Shown: piece after piece, positions 13,939-20,000 of the stretch
Layout: each line of letters opens with the position of its first letter
How positions within the stretch are numbered: the first letter of the stretch is position 1
NCBI GenBank assembly: GCA_964409385.1
Contig: CAYPCY010000002.1
Location: 187,960 to 207,959 of the forward strand
DNA: 20,000 nucleotides
Reading direction: 5' to 3'
Origin: an uncultured Methanosarcinales archaeon
GTDB lineage: Archaea; Nanobdellota; Nanobdellia; Woesearchaeales; CAYPCY01
The notes under the pieces: model-generated
The model's input: only the letters and a program-made list of their open reading frames with translations
Databases searched by the model: none
What the model was told of the DNA's origin: nothing
Program-made: the position numbers and the translations under genes

Positions 13939-15537
13939 ATGAAAAAGAGGGCCTTTATTATACTGTCTTTAATTCTACTTCTTAGTTTTCAGATTCTCGC
14001 AGTAGATATTCAATTAAGAAAGGGAGGACAAGAACTTGATTATGTTTCTTATGGATTGATTAATGATGTTGATATTAATATTATTCCGGACAATAACGAA
14101 TTTACTTCCTTGACTGTTGATCTAACTAGTTTAGACGCAAATAGTATTTCATTAAGCCCTTCTGATTGTGATGACGCTTCTGGAGTTTTCAGATGTGTAA
14201 TGAGGAGGGATATTAGGATAACTAGTGAAACAGCAACTATTACAGGAACTGTTGATGATGTAGGTTTTGAAGTTGTTAAAACTTTTAATATTGACAATAC
14301 TGCTCCTGAATTAATTTCTATAACTACAGATTATTGCCTTGCTGACAAGTGCTACTTAAAGCCAGGACCTGGAATTTTATACTTGGACATTTCAGAAGGA
14401 GAGAGTGGTTTGAATAATGCTAATATTTACATTTCCATACTTGGAAGTCAAGTCAAGGCATACCTTTGTGAAGGTAATATCTGTAAAGTTTCCGTAAATG
14501 TTCCAGAAACTAATTCATTCACAGCAACGGTTATTCAATACTTAAGCACTGACGATGCAGGAAATTCACTTACTGGATTAAATTCTGAAACTATTTATGT
14601 AGACAGGGAAGCTCCTGAAATTCTAGAGTTTAATGTTAGTTCAAGTTCTGAAATAGATTTTATTTCTGTGGATGATTCAATAATAGTTAATACTGTGGTA
14701 AAGGAAGAAAGAACAGAACCAAGAATATTTCTTGATATGTCAAATTTCGGGATTGATGAATTAATTGAAGGGTCATGTTCTCTTGGAGAGATAAACTGGG
14801 ATTGTGAAGTAACATCAAATTTCGGGATTGATTTTGCTAGGACGGATTCTATTAAAGTTATTGTAAAGGATTTATTAAATAATTTTGATAATTACACTGA
14901 AGAAATTGAAGTGCTGGGATTGACAGGCACTGAAGAACCAAGTAATTGGAATGTGGCAAGTTTACAAGTATCACCTAATAAGGTGAATAAAAGAAATATG
15001 ATGCTTAATAGAAATATTCATGCTTATTTGACTTTATCAACATCAGGAAATTCTGAAATTATTGATGTTATACCTAGTCTTACTTGTTTTTCTGGTGATG
15101 CAGAGGGTTCTAGTAATGCAGATCTTCAAGAAATGCATGTTGTAAATCCAGGATTGGGAGATAAGAGTTTTTATATTAAAGGTGTTTTTCTGAATAATTT
15201 AGATAATTATGAAGGTCATGAATTTGTTAACTATTCCTGTAGTATGGATGTTCTTTCAAGAAAGGGAAATATGTTAGAGAGTAGTTACGAAAAAATATGG
15301 TTTGATTTTGAAATTAGGTTTGATAAGGCCTCAAGAGTTGATGAAGTATTGCTTGAAAAATTAAACGAGTCTAAGAATAATCTTATAAGATATCAAGAGA
15401 AAATTTCAGATTTGGCTAAATATGTCAGGATAGGAAAGGGTATTAGATACTGTGTCTTCAGCATTTGGAGGAGGTACTGCAGTCGCTGCGACTGCAGATC
15501 AAAAACCATTACAAGCTACTTTAGGAAAAATTTCTGA
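13939..15537 (+). CDS. Large secreted/surface protein, N-terminal part (Ig-like repeats); probably frameshifted into the next ORF
   Basis: Signal peptide MKKRAFIILSLILLLSFQILA, Ig-like linkers IDNTAPEL and VDREAPEI, acidic beta-rich composition with Cys pairs. The last ~32 aa look out of frame. TTTATATA at 13907. Confidence 0.75.
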   Translation: MKKRAFIILSLILLLSFQILAVDIQLRKGGQELDYVSYGLINDVDINIIPDNNEFTSLTVDLTSLDANSISLSPSDCDDASGVFRCVMRRDIRITSETATITGTVDDVGFEVVKTFNIDNTAPELISITTDYCLADKCYLKPGPGILYLDISEGESGLNNANIYISILGSQVKAYLCEGNICKVSVNVPETNSFTATVIQYLSTDDAGNSLTGLNSETIYVDREAPEILEFNVSSSSEIDFISVDDSIIVNTVVKEERTEPRIFLDMSNFGIDELIEGSCSLGEINWDCEVTSNFGIDFARTDSIKVIVKDLLNNFDNYTEEIEVLGLTGTEEPSNWNVASLQVSPNKVNKRNMMLNRNIHAYLTLSTSGNSEIIDVIPSLTCFSGDAEGSSNADLQEMHVVNPGLGDKSFYIKGVFLNNLDNYEGHEFVNYSCSMDVLSRKGNMLESSYEKIWFDFEIRFDKASRVDEVLLEKLNESKNNLIRYQEKISDLAKYVRIGKGIRYCVFSIWRRYCSRCDCRSKTITSYFRKNF

Positions 15538-17833
15538 TGTTACAGGTGAACTTGGGGATAAAACTCATTGGGCATGTAATGTTGTAAATTGCAATTATAC
15601 AAATACTAAATTGAGGGAATGGACTGGTTATGACGCTAATCAAAATGCTAATAGTTTGGTAAATAGTTTACCAGGTATTGATTTTTTTAAAAAAGTTGCT
15701 GATGTGAATGACATTGCTCCAGTTATAGATCCCTATAGAAGCATAATAGTTGCTGGAGCGACCATGTGTTTGCCTGCAATGGTAATGCATGCTGAAACTC
15801 TTGTTGTTAATGAATGTCATTATTCAGGTTGTCTTGAAAGGTCTGCATATTTGGGTATGCCTTCAGGAAATTGTGATTTATCCAAAGCGTATAATCAATG
15901 CATTTTTGTTAGTGGGGCTGTTCTTGATGCTATTCCTTATACTGCATTAACAAGAACTTTAGGAGCTAAACTTAATCAAATTGCTGAAGATCCTTATGGG
16001 TTTATAGCTGCAGGAGTAGTTACTGCTGTTTGTTCTAGTGAGGCTGCAGATTTTCTTACTGGAAAAGAAGGAGGAATTGCATATGGTGCTTGTCAAATTG
16101 CTAATAAAATTAGTGAGTTAGGAAAGATTGTTCCAATTTATAATAATATAAAATCAAGTTTTACTAATCCTACTGCTCAGTCTAAATGTGATAGTTTAAC
16201 TTCAGGATATAGTATGGATCAGTTAGTTTGGGAGTTGACTCACCAACCTCAAGAGTTGAATGATCTTTCTAATACTTATACATTAGATAATGGTGATACT
16301 ATGACTTGTGGTTATGATGGTTGTGTCTATGGTGACTTCTTGATTAAGTTCAATCTTGAATTTGACAATAAAGATAATAATAAGTTTGTTCCTGATTCTG
16401 AAATTGATATTACTGACATGGAATTCTTTGTTATTAGTGATGATGGAACTGCAGAGTATATTGCTATTGATTCTGCATGGCAAACTCTTGGAGAAATAAT
16501 TACTGCACAAGGAGGAGTGTTACAAGTTGATCCTGTGATTGGTCAGTCAGTTCAAGATACTCCTTCACAGGATGAGATGAACGAGGAGATTGAGAGTTTA
16601 ATAGCTTCTGGAACTATTGAGGAAGTTGATCAAGCTTTCGGAATAGCTGCTATTAGTTCAGAAGACGCTATAGAAGCCATTGAAACAATGATTGATAATG
16701 ATGAAATGCGGGAATTATTTGAGTCTATGGGTTTCGTAAATTCTGATGGAACTATTAATGTTAATAATTTCCACAATATTATGCGTTTTAAAGATGCTCA
16801 AAAACAAGGTTTTAGAGATGTACATGAACAATACTTAAAAGCTGTAGAGTTGGGAACTGGAGAAGAATTTATTACGTATCAAAACGATCAAGCAGATGTT
16901 GCAAAAATAAATTTAGAAATAAGTATTAAAGAAAGATCTATTGTTGAAATTAGAGAATTAGAAGAAAATGTTAAAGAATTTAGTTCAGAAATTGAAAAAT
17001 TAGAGAAGGAGTTTGACACAGCTGATGATGCTAGAAAACTAGAAATTGGAGAAGAAAATGATGAATATAATAAAAAGTTGGATGAAGCTAAAACAGACCT
17101 TGAAAAAAAAATAGATGAGGCTGGAACTATTGGAGACTTAAAAAGTGCTATTGGTGATAAAGATTCTGGTTTGAAGAAAGAGTTAGGAATTGCTGAAGAA
17201 ATTGCAGAAATTAGCGGTAGGTTTGCCGCAGCAAAAACATTGCATCATACAACTTTTGGTAATTTTGTTTCTTGGCAGACTTGGGGTACTTTCTTAGATT
17301 TTGGAAGGGCTGCATCTACAATTGCTGGTTTCTTTCATGATCAGGAGAAGGAAGATTGGCAAGTTAGTGTTCAAGAGTTTGTAACTACTTGGACAGCCAG
17401 TGATTTTGAAAAAACTATTTGTGAAGGTAATTTAAACAGTCCTGGAACTTCTGGTTCTGTAATGGTTGCTTCAAGGAGTGGTTTGATGCCTGCTGCTATG
17501 ATTTATGGTAGTAGGGCAGATATTTCATCTGGTGAATGGGAGTATATTATTGCTGTTGATATTCAGAATATGAAGAAGGATGGTTTGAAATTTAATATTG
17601 TTTTAGAAGATCCTGGTAGTAGTTTGGTAGAGTTAAATTCTGAAGGGGATACCCTGATTGAATTAGCAGAGGGAGAAACTTTCACTAAAAAAGGCATGGC
17701 TACTTTATACTTTTCAGAAAACAAGGAGTATAGTAAGGTTTGTATTAAATTCCTTAATAATAATTTAGGGGATTATTTTGATGATTATAGTTTATCTAAT
17801 AATAAGTTATGTCAGGAGTTGATTATAGAATGA
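15434..17833 (+). CDS. Large surface protein, C-terminal part (Cys-rich helical region, coiled coil, terminal beta domain)
   Basis: Frame is open from 15434 and has no signal peptide of its own. Cys-rich MCLPAM...ECHYSGCLE...YNQC region and an E/K-rich coiled coil at about 16900-17200. Confidence 0.75.
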   Translation, partial: ERVLDTVSSAFGGGTAVAATADQKPLQATLGKISDVTGELGDKTHWACNVVNCNYTNTKLREWTGYDANQNANSLVNSLPGIDFFKKVADVNDIAPVIDPYRSIIVAGATMCLPAMVMHAETLVVNECHYSGCLERSAYLGMPSGNCDLSKAYNQCIFVSGAVLDAIPYTALTRTLGAKLNQIAEDPYGFIAAGVVTAVCSSEAADFLTGKEGGIAYGACQIANKISELGKIVPIYNNIKSSFTNPTAQSKCDSLTSGYSMDQLVWELTHQPQELNDLSNTYTLDNGDTMTCGYDGCVYGDFLIKFNLEFDNKDNNKFVPDSEIDITDMEFFVISDDGTAEYIAIDSAWQTLGEIITAQGGVLQVDPVIGQSVQDTPSQDEMNEEIESLIASGTIEEVDQAFGIAAISSEDAIEAIETMIDNDEMRELFESMGFVNSDGTINVNNFHNIMRFKDAQKQGFRDVHEQYLKAVELGTGEEFITYQNDQADVAKINLEISIKERSIVEIRELEENVKEFSSEIEKLEKEFDTADDARKLEIGEENDEYNKKLDEAKTDLEKKIDEAGTIGDLKSAIGDKDSGLKKELGIAEEIAEISGRFAAAKTLHHTTFGNFVSWQTWGTFLDFGRAASTIAGFFHDQEKEDWQVSVQEFVTTWTASDFEKTICEGNLNSPGTSGSVMVASRSGLMPAAMIYGSRADISSGEWEYIIAVDIQNMKKDGLKFNIVLEDPGSSLVELNSEGDTLIELAEGETFTKKGMATLYFSENKEYSKVCIKFLNNNLGDYFDDYSLSNNKLCQELIIE

Positions 17834-19995
17834 ATGAAAAAAGAGGTCAAATTACAATATTCATTATTTTAGGAGTTGTATTATTATTGACAGTGGCGGT
17901 TGTTTTATACTTAGGAGGATTAAGTACTAAAGAAAGACCTAAGATTGAACCACACCCAGTACCTACTGAATTTGCTTCTGTTGATGGTGTGTTTAAAAAT
18001 TGTATTAAAGAACTTGGAAAGAATGCATTTGTTAATTTGGGGAGAAATGGAGGGTATATTGATCCGGTAGAAAGTGGTTTTTATTCTATCGATGGATTTT
18101 CGACTAAGGGTAATGCTCTTGAGATTTTCCCAGAATCAGGATTTTTAGTTCCTTACTGGAGGCATTTAAAATCTGCAGATTCTTGTACTACTTGTTATTT
18201 TGATAATAATATTCCTTTGTTAGAGGATGGTTCGAATTCTATTAAGAGGCAGGTTGAAAGGTTTATTGAAGATAATATTGATGAATGTCTTGATTTTTCT
18301 CACTTGAGTGATTTTGTCACTGTAGATTTAAAGGGTGATCCTGATGTTTATGTTTCTATTAATGATGAAGATGTTAGTATTGAACTTATTTATTTTGCTG
18401 ATTTGAATGATTTATCAACTCCAGGTAGAGTTATAGAGTCTAATTTTTATTCTTCAAGGCTTGATTTGAAGTTTAAGAGAATTTATGATACTGCCTTTTC
18501 GCTTTTTATGAATTATGCTATTAATGAAGATTTTCAAATTTTAGAATCTTTCACTCTTGATATGCTTGATTTTTTTAGTGGTATTGATTCTAGTATTCCT
18601 CCAAGATATGGTGGGTCCAAAATTGGATTTTCCTCTCCTAATTATTGGTTTAAACAAGTGATTAGTGAAGAATTAACATATGTTCTTGCAGATACTATCA
18701 AATATAATAGAGTTAAGAATTCTTTTGGTTATTCTTTGTTACATTCTGGAAATTATGCTCTTGATAATATTGTTAATAATTACTTGGTAAGTGTTGATGG
18801 AATTAGCAATAATGATTTGAGAAAAGTTAAGGTGGATATTGATTATTTACCTTTATGGAATATTTATTTGAATATAAAACCTTCACAGGGTGGTTTGATA
18901 GGTCCTAATATTCAGAATTTTGGCGGTTTTTTCCCTATAATGATTCAAAAATATAATTTTGCCTATGATATTTCTTATCCTGTATTGTTTACTCTGGAGG
19001 AGGTAGAATCTTTTAATGGTCAGGGTTATACTTTACAATTTGCTTATGAAGTTAATATTAGGAATAATAATCCTTTGGTAGAGGAGAATATTAGTATTGT
19101 TGATCTTGAAATTTTGGCTTTTGATGATGTTAATAATAGAAATTCTGGATTGGTAACTGTTAATGTTGTGGATGGTGTTTCGCTAGAACCTATTGAGGAT
19201 GTGTTAGTTACATTTGTTTGTTCTGACGAATCAGTAGGTCTTGGAGTTACTAAAATTGTGGAGAATTCTGCTTTAGTTTCTGATAATCTGCCTGTCTGTC
19301 TTAATGGTTTAATTACTGGTTTTAAGGATAATTATTTTTCAGACGCTGTTATTATTACAACTTTATTGGAAGAATCTGCAGAAGTTACTTTGGAGATGTT
19401 CCCTCTTAAGAATTTTAATGCTAAGATTAGAACGAGAAGTGTTGAGAAAAATTATGATTTAGATGCAGTGGATCCCGAATTTGAATTTTTTGAGGAGTCT
19501 GAAGGATTTTTGCATACTGACGATGAGTTGATCTTTATTGTTGAGAAAGTGGCTGAAATACCTGCTGAGGATCCTTTAGTTTCTAATAACCTTATTAATT
19601 TGAGTGTGGGTGATTTTTCTATTGAATTAACTGTTGGGAAGTATTCTATTACTGGTATGTTAATGAGGAAGTTAGGTGAAGATAGGGCTAAGTCTGAGAT
19701 TGTCATTCCTGATAAGGAATTGTGTGTTGATCCTGGATTGTTTAGTTCGGAAGAATGTTTCACTCTTAATGGAACTTCATTTAATGATACTATGTTTATT
19801 GGTGGTGTTATTTTTGATGAAGTAACTGGTTATTTTGAGATTACTCCTGAGGATATGGATAAAGATGAACTAACATTCTATATTTATAGTGCTAATATTG
19901 ACCATGTTGATACGATGGAAGATTTGGGGGCCATAACTTTGAATTCCCAATACACTATTGATCATTATTCTTCTCTTGTTCCTAGGTTCGAATGA
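17830..19995 (+). CDS. Large surface protein with archaeal class III (prepilin-like) signal peptide
   Basis: ATG 17830 (ATGA overlap) gives MNEKRG/QITIFIILGVVLLLTVAVVLYL. C-terminal half has a carboxypeptidase-regulatory-like motif (VTVNVVDGVSLEPIEDVLVTF). Another ATGA overlap at 19992 suggests the operon continues. Confidence 0.85.
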   Translation: MNEKRGQITIFIILGVVLLLTVAVVLYLGGLSTKERPKIEPHPVPTEFASVDGVFKNCIKELGKNAFVNLGRNGGYIDPVESGFYSIDGFSTKGNALEIFPESGFLVPYWRHLKSADSCTTCYFDNNIPLLEDGSNSIKRQVERFIEDNIDECLDFSHLSDFVTVDLKGDPDVYVSINDEDVSIELIYFADLNDLSTPGRVIESNFYSSRLDLKFKRIYDTAFSLFMNYAINEDFQILESFTLDMLDFFSGIDSSIPPRYGGSKIGFSSPNYWFKQVISEELTYVLADTIKYNRVKNSFGYSLLHSGNYALDNIVNNYLVSVDGISNNDLRKVKVDIDYLPLWNIYLNIKPSQGGLIGPNIQNFGGFFPIMIQKYNFAYDISYPVLFTLEEVESFNGQGYTLQFAYEVNIRNNNPLVEENISIVDLEILAFDDVNNRNSGLVTVNVVDGVSLEPIEDVLVTFVCSDESVGLGVTKIVENSALVSDNLPVCLNGLITGFKDNYFSDAVIITTLLEESAEVTLEMFPLKNFNAKIRTRSVEKNYDLDAVDPEFEFFEESEGFLHTDDELIFIVEKVAEIPAEDPLVSNNLINLSVGDFSIELTVGKYSITGMLMRKLGEDRAKSEIVIPDKELCVDPGLFSSEECFTLNGTSFNDTMFIGGVIFDEVTGYFEITPEDMDKDELTFYIYSANIDHVDTMEDLGAITLNSQYTIDHYSSLVPRFE

Positions 19996-20000
19996 GTATT

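Noticed and set aside
17809..17829. ORF-track start 17809 for the class III signal-peptide protein
   Set aside because: ATG 17830 gives a canonical short basic leader and an ATGA overlap with the previous stop.
13723..19763. Minus-strand ORFs 13723-13929, 14049-14297, 16283-16510 and 19452-19763
   Set aside because: Antisense shadows of longer supported genes.
1..20000. Alternative genetic code (stop-codon reassignment)
   Set aside because: Conserved genes translate full length under code 11, and TGA, TAA and TAG all occur at plausible gene ends.

Overview
AT-rich archaeal chromosomal segment. The gene content (TFB, eS17, Alba, archaeal-type MetRS, BRE/TATA promoters, a KRG/Q class III signal-peptide surface protein) suggests a DPANN, Woesearchaeota/Pacearchaeota-like genome; the taxonomy is my inference. 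Left: a minus-strand ZIP transporter, AhpC and a TrhO/YceA-like rhodanese gene that is missing from the ORF track and runs off the window. Next are a VapBC-like pair, an unusual tandem MNT-MNT-HEPN-HEPN protein coupled to a CBS/Zn-ribbon gene, rps17e-alba and tRNA-Arg(TCG). A ~3 kb patch of orphan genes follows the tRNA, including a long protein with a HigB/RelE-like C-terminus and an HEXXH protein. After it come a PLP-enzyme-like gene, a multi-Zn-ribbon gene, tfb, metG and an RHH/RelE-like pair with a triple CTATAG operator. The window ends in a surface-protein operon whose first, ~1300 aa gene is split by a +1 frameshift. Most notable: the MNT/HEPN fusion with its CBS partner, a dispersed family of intergenic tandem-hairpin elements, and the HigB-like fusion.
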